Assembly: GCF_001457615.1 (NCBI RefSeq)
Contig: NZ_LN831024.1
Span: 1,380,001 to 1,412,000, forward strand
Length of the DNA: 32,000 nucleotides
Direction: 5' to 3'
Origin: Pseudomonas aeruginosa
Lineage (GTDB): Bacteria; Pseudomonadota; Gammaproteobacteria; Pseudomonadales; Pseudomonadaceae
This document shows, one piece after another, positions 22,659-31,704 of the stretch. The first letter of the stretch is position 1, and each line of letters begins with the position of its first letter. The notes beneath the pieces were generated by a model. It was given only the letters and a program-made list of their open reading frames with translations. It had not been told where the DNA came from and did not search any database. The position numbers and the translations under genes were made by a program.

Positions 22659-23845
22659 GTCGACCGCAGCGGATCAGCGTGCTCGGCGCGACCGGCTCGA
22701 TCGGCCTGAGCACCCTGGACGTCGTCCAGCGTCATCCCGATCGTTACGAAGCCTTCGCCCTGACTGGCTTCAGCCGCCTGGCCGAACTCGAGGCGCTGTG
22801 CCTCAGGCACCGCCCCGTCTATGCGGTGGTGCCGGAGCAGGCCGCGGCGATTGCCTTGCAGGGCTCGCTCGCCGCGGCGGGTATCCGCACCCGGGTGCTG
22901 TTCGGCGAGCAGGCGTTGTGCGAAGTGGCCAGCGCGCCCGAAGTGGACATGGTAATGGCGGCCATCGTCGGCGCCGCCGGGCTGCCGTCGACCCTGGCGG
23001 CCGTCGAGGCCGGCAAGCGCGTACTGCTGGCCAACAAGGAGGCGCTGGTGATGTCCGGCGCGCTGTTCATGCAGGCGGTCAAGCGCAGCGGCGCGGTGCT
23101 CCTGCCGATCGACAGCGAGCACAACGCGATCTTCCAGTCGCTGCCGCGCAATTATGCCGATGGCCTGGAGCGGGTCGGCGTGCGCCGGATCCTCTTGACC
23201 GCCTCCGGCGGCCCGTTCCGCGAGACGCCGCTGGAGCAACTCGCTTCGGTGACGCCGGAGCAGGCTTGTGCGCACCCGAACTGGTCGATGGGGCGGAAGA
23301 TTTCCGTCGACTCCGCCAGCATGATGAACAAGGGGCTCGAACTGATCGAGGCGTGCTGGCTGTTCGACGCCCAGCCGAGCCAGGTCGAGGTGGTGATCCA
23401 CCCGCAGAGCGTGATCCACTCGATGGTGGACTACGTCGACGGTTCGGTGATCGCCCAGCTCGGCAATCCGGACATGCGCACGCCGATTTCCTATGCCATG
23501 GCCTGGCCGGAGCGAATCGATTCCGGCGTTTCGCCGCTGGATATGTTCGCCGTCGGTCGCCTGGATTTCCAGCGCCCCGACGAGCAGCGCTTCCCCTGCC
23601 TGCGCCTGGCGAGCCAGGCCGCGGAAACCGGCGGCAGCGCCCCGGCCATGCTGAATGCCGCGAACGAGGTGGCCGTGGCCGCATTTCTCGAGCGGCGCAT
23701 CCGCTTCAGCGACATCGCGGTTATCATCGAGGACGTGCTGAACCGCGAGGCGGTGACCGCAGTCGAATCGCTCGATCAGGTCCTGGCCGCCGATCGCCGC
23801 GCCCGTTCGGTCGCCGGGCAATGGTTGACCCGACACGCCGGCTAG
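22655..23845 (+). CDS. dxr: 1-deoxy-D-xylulose-5-phosphate reductoisomerase
   Basis: 396 aa from [23 protein letters not shown] (NADPH-binding GxxGSIG). [18 protein letters not shown] and NKGLELIEA are present. ATGA overlap with the cdsA stop at 22655-22658. Confidence 0.96.
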   Translation: MSRPQRISVLGATGSIGLSTLDVVQRHPDRYEAFALTGFSRLAELEALCLRHRPVYAVVPEQAAAIALQGSLAAAGIRTRVLFGEQALCEVASAPEVDMVMAAIVGAAGLPSTLAAVEAGKRVLLANKEALVMSGALFMQAVKRSGAVLLPIDSEHNAIFQSLPRNYADGLERVGVRRILLTASGGPFRETPLEQLASVTPEQACAHPNWSMGRKISVDSASMMNKGLELIEACWLFDAQPSQVEVVIHPQSVIHSMVDYVDGSVIAQLGNPDMRTPISYAMAWPERIDSGVSPLDMFAVGRLDFQRPDEQRFPCLRLASQAAETGGSAPAMLNAANEVAVAAFLERRIRFSDIAVIIEDVLNREAVTAVESLDQVLAADRRARSVAGQWLTRHAG

Positions 23846-23870
23846 TCTTCGGACGGCCTGGAGGTAGGAG

Positions 23871-25223
23871 ATGAGTGCGCTTTACATGATCGTCGGTACC
23901 CTGGTGGCCCTGGGCGTGCTGGTGACGTTCCACGAATTCGGCCACTTCTGGGTCGCGCGACGCTGCGGGGTGAAGGTCCTGCGCTTCTCCGTCGGCTTCG
24001 GCACGCCGCTGGTGCGCTGGCACGACCGGCACGGCACCGAGTTCGTGGTGGCGGCCATTCCGCTGGGCGGCTACGTCAAGATGCTCGACGAGCGCGAGGC
24101 GGAAGTACCGGCCCATCTGCTCGAACAGTCCTTCAATCGCAAGACGGTCCGTCAGCGGATCGCCATCGTCGCGGCTGGTCCCATCGCCAATTTCCTACTG
24201 GCGATTCTGTTCTTCTGGGTCGTCGCCCTGCTCGGTAGCCAGCAGGTACGCCCGGTCATCGGTTCCGTGGTGCCGGAGAGCCTGGCCGCCCAGGCCGGCC
24301 TGGAGGCCGGGCAGGAGCTGCTGGCGGTGGATGGCGAGCCCGTCACCGGCTGGAACGGGGTCAACCTGCAGCTGGTTCGCCGTCTCGGCGAGAGCGGTAC
24401 GCTGGAAGTGCGGGTGCAGGAAAAAGGCTCGAATGTCGATTCCACCCACCAGGTGCGTCTGGATGGCTGGCTGAAGGGCGAGGACAATCCCGATCCCATC
24501 GCCTCGCTGGGCATCCGGCCCTGGCGGCCGGCCTTGCCGCCGGTGCTGGCCGAACTCGACCCCAAGGGGCCGGCGCAGGCCGCCGGACTGAAGCTCGGCG
24601 ACCGCTTGCAGAGCATCGATGGCATCGCCGTCGACGACTGGCAGCAGGTGGTGGACAGCGTCCGTGCCCGTCCCGGGCAGCGCGTCCAGCTCAAGGTGCT
24701 GCGCGACGGCGAAGTGCTGGATGTTGCCCTGGAACTGGCGGTGCGCGGCGAGGGCAAGGCCCGGAGCGGCTACATGGGGGCGGGGGTCGCCGGTACCGAA
24801 TGGCCGGCGGAAATGCTCCGCGAAGTGAGCTACGGACCGCTGGAGGCGGTGGGTCAGGCGCTTTCCCGAACCTGGACCATGAGCCTGCTAACGCTCGACT
24901 CCATAAAGAAAATGTTGCTCGGCGAGCTCTCGGTAAAAAACTTGAGCGGGCCGATAACCATTGCTAAAGTGGCGGGCGCTTCAGCCCAGTCTGGCGTGGG
25001 GGATTTTCTCAATTTCCTGGCCTATCTGAGCATTAGCTTGGGGGTTCTCAACCTGCTGCCGATCCCTGTCCTCGATGGCGGGCATCTGCTGTTCTATCTG
25101 GTTGAGTGGGTGCGCGGGCGCCCATTATCCGAACGGGTACAGGCTTGGGGGATGCAGATCGGCATCAGTCTGGTCGTTGGCGTGATGTTGCTCGCTCTGG
25201 TCAACGATCTGAGTCGTCTGTAG
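23871..25223 (+). CDS. rseP: Site-2 (RIP) zinc metalloprotease RseP (MucP in P. aeruginosa)
   Basis: 450 aa. HEFGHFWVA (HExxH) in TM1, two PDZ-like segments, and NLLPIPVLDGGH (LDG motif) near the C-terminus. SD ggaggtaggag upstream. Confidence 0.95.
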   Translation: MSALYMIVGTLVALGVLVTFHEFGHFWVARRCGVKVLRFSVGFGTPLVRWHDRHGTEFVVAAIPLGGYVKMLDEREAEVPAHLLEQSFNRKTVRQRIAIVAAGPIANFLLAILFFWVVALLGSQQVRPVIGSVVPESLAAQAGLEAGQELLAVDGEPVTGWNGVNLQLVRRLGESGTLEVRVQEKGSNVDSTHQVRLDGWLKGEDNPDPIASLGIRPWRPALPPVLAELDPKGPAQAAGLKLGDRLQSIDGIAVDDWQQVVDSVRARPGQRVQLKVLRDGEVLDVALELAVRGEGKARSGYMGAGVAGTEWPAEMLREVSYGPLEAVGQALSRTWTMSLLTLDSIKKMLLGELSVKNLSGPITIAKVAGASAQSGVGDFLNFLAYLSISLGVLNLLPIPVLDGGHLLFYLVEWVRGRPLSERVQAWGMQIGISLVVGVMLLALVNDLSRL

Positions 25224-25236
25224 TCATGTTGAATTC

Positions 25237-25263
25237 GAATCTGCCGCCCTTTGCGGCAGATTC
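25237..25263 (+). promoter_or_regulatory. Perfect 11-bp hairpin between rseP and bamA (partial terminator or mRNA processing/stability element)
   Basis: GAATCTGCCGC-ccttt-GCGGCAGATTC is followed by tctatttgtc, which is T-rich but has no clean U-run. It begins 14 nt after the rseP stop and ends 30 nt before the bamA ATG. Confidence 0.55.
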
Positions 25264-25293
25264 TCTATTTGTCAGTTGGAAAAAAAGGACTCC

Positions 25294-27687
25294 ATGAAAC
25301 GCTTTCTGCTACCCGCGCTGCTGTCAGCGCTGATGATCGCCGAGGTTCACGCCGAGTCCTTCACTGTTTCCGATATCCGGGTCAATGGCCTGCAGCGCGT
25401 GTCCGCCGGTAGCGTGTTCGCCGCCCTGCCGCTGAACGTCGGCGAGACCATCGACGACCAGGCCCTGGTCCAGGCCACCCGCTCCCTGTTCAAGACCGGC
25501 TTCTTCCAGGACATCCAGCTCGGCCGTGATGGCAACGTGCTGGTAGTCACTGTAGTCGAGCGCCCGTCGATCTCCAGCATCGAGATCGAGGGCAACAAGG
25601 CGATCTCCAAGGAAGACCTGCTCAAGGGCCTGAAACAGTCCGGCCTGGCCGAGGGCGAGATCTTCCAGCGCGCCACCCTCGAAGGCGTGCGCAACGAGCT
25701 GCAACGCCAGTACGTGGCCCAGGGCCGCTACTCGGCCGAGATCAACGCGGAAGTGATCCCGCAGCCGCGCAACCGCGTCGCGCTGAAGATCAACATCAAC
25801 GAAGGCACGGTCGCCGCGATTTCCCACATCAACGTGGTGGGCAACACCGTCTTCTCCGAAGAAGACCTGACCGACCTGTTCGAACTGAAGACCACCAACT
25901 GGCTGTCGTTCTTCAAGAACGACGACAAGTACGCCCGCGAAAAGCTCTCCGGCGACCTCGAGCGCCTGCGCTCCTATTACCTGGACCGCGGCTACATCAA
26001 CATGGATATCGCCTCCACCCAGGTATCCATCACCCCGGACAAGAAGCACGTCTACATCACCGTCAACATCAACGAGGGTGAGAAGTACACCATCCGCGAC
26101 GTGAAGCTGACCGGCGACCTGAAGGTGCCGGAAGAGGAAGTGAAGCGCCTGCTGCTGGTACAGAAGGGCCAGGTGTTCTCGCGCAAGGTGATGACCACCA
26201 CCTCCGACCTAATCACCCGTCGCCTGGGCAACGAGGGCTACACCTTCGCCAACGTCAACGGCGTGCCGGAAGCCCATGACGACGACAAGACCGTCTCGGT
26301 GACCTTCGTCGTCGACCCGGGCAAGCGCGCCTACGTCAACCGCATCAACTTCCGCGGCAACACCAAGACCGAAGACGAAGTGCTGCGCCGCGAAATGCGC
26401 CAGATGGAAGGCGGCTGGGCCTCTACCTACCTGATCGACCAGTCCAAGGCCCGTCTGGAGCGCCTCGGCTACTTCAAGGAAGTCAACGTCGAGACCCCGG
26501 CGGTTCCCGGCACCGACGACCAGGTCGACGTCAACTACAGCGTCGAAGAGCAACCGTCCGGCTCGATCACCGCCAGCGTCGGCTTCGCCCAGAGCGCCGG
26601 CCTGATCCTCGGCGGCTCGATCAGCCAGAACAACTTCCTGGGTACCGGCAACAAGGTCAGCATCGGCCTGACCCGCAGCGAATACCAAACCCGCTACAAC
26701 TTCGGCTTCGTCGACCCCTACTGGACCGTCGACGGCGTCAGCCTCGGCTACAATGCCTTCTACCGGAAGACCGACTACGACGAACTCGACGTCGACGTCG
26801 CCAGCTACTCGGTGAACAGCCTGGGCGCCGGCATGAGCATCGGCTACCCGATCAGCGAGACCTCGCGCCTGACCTATGGCCTGAGCGTGCAGCGCGACCA
26901 GATCGACACCGGCCGCTACACCGTGGACGAGATCTACGACTTCCTCGACAAGGAAGGCGACAACTTCACCAACTTCAAGGCTTCCATCGGCTGGTCCGAA
27001 TCGACCCTGAACAAGGGCGTACTGGCCACCCGTGGTCACTCGCAGAGCCTGACCCTGGAAACCACCCTGCCGGGCAGCGACCTGTCGTTCTACAAGATCG
27101 ACTACCGTGGCCAGGTCTTCGCCCCGCTGACCGACAACTACACCATGCGCTTCCACACCGAGCTGGGCTATGGCGACGGCTACGGATCCACCGAGCGCCT
27201 GCCGTTCTACGAGAACTACTACGCCGGCGGCTTCAACTCGGTGCGGGGCTTCAAGGACAGCACGCTGGGCCCGCGCAGTACGCCCTCTGTGGCTCGTAAT
27301 CCAGACGGTACGCCTATGAAGAACCAAGGGCCTGACAGCAAGGGCCGTTACACCGACCCGGACCAGGATCCCGAAGCCTTCGGTGGTAACATCCTGATCA
27401 CCGGCGGCGCCGAGCTGCTGTTCCCGCTGCCGTTCGTCAAGGACCAGCGCCAGTTGCGTACCGTGCTGTTCTGGGACGTGGGTAGCACCTTCGATACCGA
27501 CTGCCCGACCAAGACCACCACCAACTGCGACGGCATCAAGACCGACAACCTCGCCAGTTCCGTGGGCGTCGGCCTGACCTGGATCACCGCGCTGGGCCCG
27601 CTGAGCTTCAGCCTGGCGACGCCGATCAAGAAGCCGGACAACGCGGAAACCCAGGTCTTCCAGTTCTCCCTGGGCCAGACCTTCTGA
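25294..27687 (+). CDS. bamA: Outer-membrane protein assembly factor BamA (Opr86)
   Basis: 797 aa from MKRFLLPALLSALMIAEVHA|ESF (signal peptide). POTRA-type repeats, the loop-6 VRGF motif (GGFNSVRGFKDSTLGP) and a C-terminal beta-signal ending QFSLGQTF. Confidence 0.96.
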   Translation: MKRFLLPALLSALMIAEVHAESFTVSDIRVNGLQRVSAGSVFAALPLNVGETIDDQALVQATRSLFKTGFFQDIQLGRDGNVLVVTVVERPSISSIEIEGNKAISKEDLLKGLKQSGLAEGEIFQRATLEGVRNELQRQYVAQGRYSAEINAEVIPQPRNRVALKININEGTVAAISHINVVGNTVFSEEDLTDLFELKTTNWLSFFKNDDKYAREKLSGDLERLRSYYLDRGYINMDIASTQVSITPDKKHVYITVNINEGEKYTIRDVKLTGDLKVPEEEVKRLLLVQKGQVFSRKVMTTTSDLITRRLGNEGYTFANVNGVPEAHDDDKTVSVTFVVDPGKRAYVNRINFRGNTKTEDEVLRREMRQMEGGWASTYLIDQSKARLERLGYFKEVNVETPAVPGTDDQVDVNYSVEEQPSGSITASVGFAQSAGLILGGSISQNNFLGTGNKVSIGLTRSEYQTRYNFGFVDPYWTVDGVSLGYNAFYRKTDYDELDVDVASYSVNSLGAGMSIGYPISETSRLTYGLSVQRDQIDTGRYTVDEIYDFLDKEGDNFTNFKASIGWSESTLNKGVLATRGHSQSLTLETTLPGSDLSFYKIDYRGQVFAPLTDNYTMRFHTELGYGDGYGSTERLPFYENYYAGGFNSVRGFKDSTLGPRSTPSVARNPDGTPMKNQGPDSKGRYTDPDQDPEAFGGNILITGGAELLFPLPFVKDQRQLRTVLFWDVGSTFDTDCPTKTTTNCDGIKTDNLASSVGVGLTWITALGPLSFSLATPIKKPDNAETQVFQFSLGQTF

Positions 27688-27737
27688 TTTGTACGTAGTA
27701 CCGAGTAACGAAACCATGCTTTGTGCAGGAGTGCATC

Positions 27738-28244
27738 GTGCGTAAGTTCACCCAGTTCGTCCTGATCACCGCAGCCATCATGGCGGCTCCTTCGGCGTTC
27801 GCTGAAATGAAGATCGCGGTGCTCAACTACCAGATGGCGCTGCTCGAGTCCGATGCCGCCAAGCAATACGCCGTGGATGCCGAGAAGAAGTTCGGCCCCC
27901 AGCTGAACAAGCTGAAGAACCTCGAGCGCGACGCCAAGGCGCTGCAGGACAAGCTGGTTTCCAACGGCAGCAAGATGTCCCAGGGCGACCGCGAGAAGGC
28001 CGAGCTGGACTTCAAGCAGAAGGCCCGTGACTTCCAGTTCCAGTCCAAGGAATTGAACGAGTCGAAGGCCGCCGCCGACCGCGACATGCTGAAGAAACTC
28101 AAGCCGAAGCTGGACCAGGCCGTCGAGGAGACCATCAAGAAAGGTGGTTACGACATGGTCATCGAACGTGGCGCCGTGGTCGACGTCAAGCCGCAATACG
28201 ACATCACCCGCCAGGTGATCGAGCGGATGAACCAGCTGCGTTGA
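27738..28244 (+). CDS. skp: Periplasmic chaperone Skp (OmpH)
   Basis: 168 aa from the GTG at 27738 ([22 protein letters not shown]|EMK), with SD AGGAG 6 nt upstream. The mature part is Lys/Gln/Glu-rich and helical. The upstream GTG at 27723 is an alternative start. Confidence 0.9.
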
Positions 28245-29305
28245 TGATGAGTACCTTGTCCTACACCCTGGGCCAGCTGGCCGCGCATGTCGGCGCGGAA
28301 GTCCGTGGCGACGCGGACCTGCCGATCCAGGGCCTGGCGACCTTGCAGGAGGCCGGACCGGCTCAGCTGAGCTTCCTGGCCAACCCGCAGTATCGCAAGT
28401 ACCTGCCCGAAAGCCGTGCCGGCGCCGTCCTGCTGACGGCTGCCGACGCCGACGGGTTCGCCGGTACCGCGCTGGTGGTGGCCAACCCCTACCTGGCCTA
28501 TGCCAGCCTGTCGCACCTGTTCGATCGCAAACCGAAGGCGGCCGCCGGTATCCATCCTACCGCCATCGTCGCGGCGGACGCCGAGGTCGATCCGAGCGCC
28601 AGCGTCGGCGCCTATGCGGTGATCGAGAGTGGCGCCCGCATCGGCGCTGGCGTCAGCATCGGCGCGCACTGCGTGATCGGAGCCCGTAGCGTGATCGGCG
28701 AAGGCGGCTGGCTGGCGCCGCGGGTCACGCTCTACCACGACGTCACCATCGGCGCGCGGGTGAGTATCCAGTCGGGCGCGGTGATCGGCGGCGAAGGTTT
28801 CGGTTTCGCCAACGAGAAGGGCGTCTGGCAGAAGATCGCCCAGATCGGCGGGGTGACCATCGGTGACGACGTCGAGATCGGCGCGAACACCACCATCGAC
28901 CGTGGAGCACTGTCCGATACGCTGATCGGCAACGGTGTGAAGCTGGACAACCAGATCATGATCGCGCACAACGTGCAGATCGGCGATCATACCGCCATGG
29001 CCGCTTGCGTCGGCATTTCCGGCAGCGCCAAGATCGGCAGGCATTGCATGCTCGCCGGCGGCGTTGGCCTGGTCGGCCATATCGAGATCTGCGACAACGT
29101 TTTCGTGACCGGCATGACCATGGTGACCCGCTCGATCACCGAGCCGGGATCGTATTCCTCCGGTACCGCCATGCAACCGGCGGCCGAATGGAAAAAAAGC
29201 GCCGCGCGCATTCGTCAACTGGACGACATGGCGCGTCGACTTCAGCAGCTGGAAAAACGCCTGGCTGCCGTGACCTCAAGCGGTGACGCTTCATCTGATG
29301 CGTAA
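28244..29305 (+). CDS. lpxD: UDP-3-O-(3-hydroxyacyl)glucosamine N-acyltransferase
   Basis: 353 aa from [20 protein letters not shown], with an extended hexapeptide-repeat beta-helix. The ATG overlaps the last base of the skp TGA. ATG 28247 is an alternative start. Confidence 0.94.
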
Positions 29306-29350
29306 TTGACGTTTTTTGCGTCACCCTTTTCTGAACAGGCTCCCCCTAAC

Positions 29351-29791
29351 ATGATGGACATCAACGAGATTCGCGAATACCTGCCTCATCGCTATCCTTT
29401 CCTGCTGGTGGATCGGGTGGTAGAGCTGGACATCGAGGGCAAGCGCATTCGCGCCTACAAGAATGTCAGTATCAATGAGCCGTTCTTCAACGGACATTTC
29501 CCCGAGCACCCGATCATGCCGGGCGTGCTGATCATCGAGGCGATGGCCCAGGCGGCCGGTATCCTCGGTTTCAAGATGCTCGACGTGAAGCCCGCCGACG
29601 GCACCCTTTACTACTTCGTCGGTTCGGACAAGCTGCGCTTCCGCCAGCCGGTCCTGCCGGGCGACCAACTGCAACTGCACGCCAAGTTCATCAGCGTGAA
29701 GCGCAGCATCTGGAAATTCGACTGCCACGCTACCGTCGACGACAAGCCGGTATGCTCGGCTGAAATCATCTGTGCGGAACGCAAACTATGA
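29351..29791 (+). CDS. fabZ: 3-hydroxyacyl-ACP dehydratase FabZ
   Basis: 146 aa from [23 protein letters not shown], with the hot-dog active-site motif [19 protein letters not shown]. Confidence 0.96.
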   Translation: MMDINEIREYLPHRYPFLLVDRVVELDIEGKRIRAYKNVSINEPFFNGHFPEHPIMPGVLIIEAMAQAAGILGFKMLDVKPADGTLYYFVGSDKLRFRQPVLPGDQLQLHAKFISVKRSIWKFDCHATVDDKPVCSAEIICAERKL

Positions 29792-30564
29792 GTTTGATCG
29801 ATCCTCGCGCCATCATCGATCCGAGCGCCAGGCTGGCGGCTGACGTCCAGGTGGGCCCGTGGTCCATCGTCGGGGCGGAAGTGGAGATCGGTGAAGGGAC
29901 GGTGATCGGTCCGCACGTGGTGCTCAAGGGCCCCACGAAGATCGGCAAGCACAACCGCATCTACCAGTTTTCCAGCGTCGGCGAGGATACTCCCGACCTG
30001 AAATACAAGGGCGAGCCGACGCGCCTGGTGATCGGTGACCACAACGTGATCCGCGAAGGCGTGACCATCCATCGCGGAACCGTCCAGGATCGCGCGGAAA
30101 CCACCATTGGCGACCACAACCTGATCATGGCCTATGCGCACATCGGCCATGACAGCGTGATCGGCAACCATTGCATCCTGGTGAACAACACGGCGCTGGC
30201 CGGGCATGTCCACGTGGACGACTGGGCGATCCTGTCCGGCTACACCCTGGTGCACCAGTACTGCCGGATCGGCGCGCACAGCTTTTCCGGCATGGGCAGC
30301 GCCATCGGCAAGGACGTCCCGGCCTACGTGACGGTCTTCGGCAACCCGGCCGAAGCCCGCAGCATGAACTTCGAAGGCATGCGTCGGCGCGGCTTCAGCA
30401 GCGAGGCCATCCATGCCCTGCGGCGTGCCTACAAGGTGGTCTATCGCCAGGGACATACCGTCGAGGAAGCCCTGGCCGAGCTGGCCGAAAGCGCTGCCCA
30501 GTTCCCCGAGGTCGCGGTGTTCCGTGATTCCATCCAGAGCGCAACCCGCGGCATCACCCGCTGA
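29788..30564 (+). CDS. lpxA: Acyl-ACP--UDP-N-acetylglucosamine O-acyltransferase
   Basis: 258 aa with hexapeptide repeats and a helical C-terminal domain. ATGA overlap with the fabZ stop. Confidence 0.96.
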   Translation: MSLIDPRAIIDPSARLAADVQVGPWSIVGAEVEIGEGTVIGPHVVLKGPTKIGKHNRIYQFSSVGEDTPDLKYKGEPTRLVIGDHNVIREGVTIHRGTVQDRAETTIGDHNLIMAYAHIGHDSVIGNHCILVNNTALAGHVHVDDWAILSGYTLVHQYCRIGAHSFSGMGSAIGKDVPAYVTVFGNPAEARSMNFEGMRRRGFSSEAIHALRRAYKVVYRQGHTVEEALAELAESAAQFPEVAVFRDSIQSATRGITR

Positions 30565-30567
30565 GCC

Positions 30568-31704
30568 ATGGCTGACGGATTACGCGTAGCCCTGGTCGCC
30601 GGCGAGGCCTCCGGCGACATCCTCGGGTCCGGACTGATGCAGGCGCTGCGGGCGCGGCACCCGGATATCGAGTTCATCGGCGTCGGTGGGCCGCGCATGG
30701 AGGCCGAAGGGCTGTCCAGCTATTTCCCCATGGAGCGCCTGTCGGTGATGGGCCTGGTCGAAGTGCTGGGCAGGCTGCCGGAGTTGTTGCGACGGCGCAA
30801 GCGGCTGATCCGCACGCTCATCGAGGCCCGGCCGGATGTGATGATCGGCATCGATGCTCCCGACTTCACCCTCGGCGTCGAACACAAGCTGCGCCAGGCT
30901 GGCCTGCGCACCGTGCATTACGTCAGCCCTTCGGTATGGGCCTGGCGGCAGAAGCGGGTGCTGAAGATTCGCGAAGCCTGCGACCTGATGCTGGCATTGT
31001 TCCCCTTCGAAGCACGTTTCTACGAAGAGCATGGGGTGCCTGTGCGTTTCGTCGGCCACCCCCTGGCCAACACCATTCCCCTGCAGGCGGATCGCGCTGC
31101 GGCCCGCGCGCGGCTCGGATTGCCGGCGGACGGACAGGTGCTGGCGCTGATGCCGGGCAGTCGCGGCGGCGAGGTCGGCAAGCTCGGCGCCTTGTTCCTC
31201 GACACCGCCCAGCGTCTGCTCGTCGAACGGCCGGGCTTGCGTTTCGTGCTGCCCTGCGCCAGCGCTGCACGGCGCGAACAGATCGAGCAGATGCTCCAGG
31301 GCCGCGAGCCTCTGCCGCTGACGCTGCTCGACGGTGCGTCCCATGAAGCGCTTGCCGCCTGCGATGCGGTGCTGATCGCCTCCGGTACCGCGACCCTCGA
31401 GGCGCTGCTCTACAAGCGGCCCATGGTGGTGGCTTATCGGGTCGCCGGGCTGACGTACCGGATTCTCAAGCGCCTGGTGAAAAGCCCGTACATCTCCCTG
31501 CCGAACCTGTTGGCCGGACGCCTGTTGGTGCCGGAACTGATCCAGGACGCCGCCACCCCGCAAGCGCTAGCCGCAACCCTCTCGCCGCTGCTGGACGACG
31601 GCTCGCAGCAGGTGGAATTCTTCGATGCCATCCATCGGGCCTTGCGCCAGGATGCCTCGGCACAGGCGGCGGAAGCCGTCCTGCAACTGGTGGAGCGCCG
31701 CTGA
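30568..31704 (+). CDS. lpxB: Lipid-A-disaccharide synthase
   Basis: 378 aa from [24 protein letters not shown], the characteristic N-terminal motif of this family. Begins 3 nt after the lpxA stop. Confidence 0.95.
   Translation: MADGLRVALVAGEASGDILGSGLMQALRARHPDIEFIGVGGPRMEAEGLSSYFPMERLSVMGLVEVLGRLPELLRRRKRLIRTLIEARPDVMIGIDAPDFTLGVEHKLRQAGLRTVHYVSPSVWAWRQKRVLKIREACDLMLALFPFEARFYEEHGVPVRFVGHPLANTIPLQADRAAARARLGLPADGQVLALMPGSRGGEVGKLGALFLDTAQRLLVERPGLRFVLPCASAARREQIEQMLQGREPLPLTLLDGASHEALAACDAVLIASGTATLEALLYKRPMVVAYRVAGLTYRILKRLVKSPYISLPNLLAGRLLVPELIQDAATPQALAATLSPLLDDGSQQVEFFDAIHRALRQDASAQAAEAVLQLVERR

Noticed and set aside
21516-23845. Long N-terminal extensions of cdsA (ORF from 21516) and dxr (ORF from 22100), and likewise of the permease (1339), csdE (5803), map (17604), rpsB (17770), tsf (18683), fabZ (29306) and the antiporter (10802)
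   Set aside because: Homology and hydrophobicity patterns begin at internal Met codons that have SD-like sequences or stop/start overlaps. The extensions overlap the preceding genes or consist of low-complexity sequence.
24940-24985. Possible AlgU/sigmaE-type promoter inside rseP (AAACTT at about 24945-24950)
   Set aside because: The -35-like AAACTT is not followed at 16-17 nt by a TCTGA/TCAAA-type -10, and the nearest CTAAA lies about 20 nt away. The TCTGA at about 25024-25028 has no GAACTT-like partner upstream. I make no promoter call, and only the compositional trough is reported.
26209-27717. 502-aa minus-strand ORF antisense to bamA, plus similar antisense or out-of-frame ORFs at 512-1423, 1438-2481, 3013-4710, 3140-4423, 3328-4494, 11066-13273, 18389-19585, 20353-21819, 22421-23836, 28148-29218 and 30580-31563
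   Set aside because: All lie opposite to or out of frame with genes that have strong family signatures. All show the low-complexity Arg/Ala/Gly/Pro bias of non-coding frames in high-GC genomes. None has a plausible RBS or start context that I could see.
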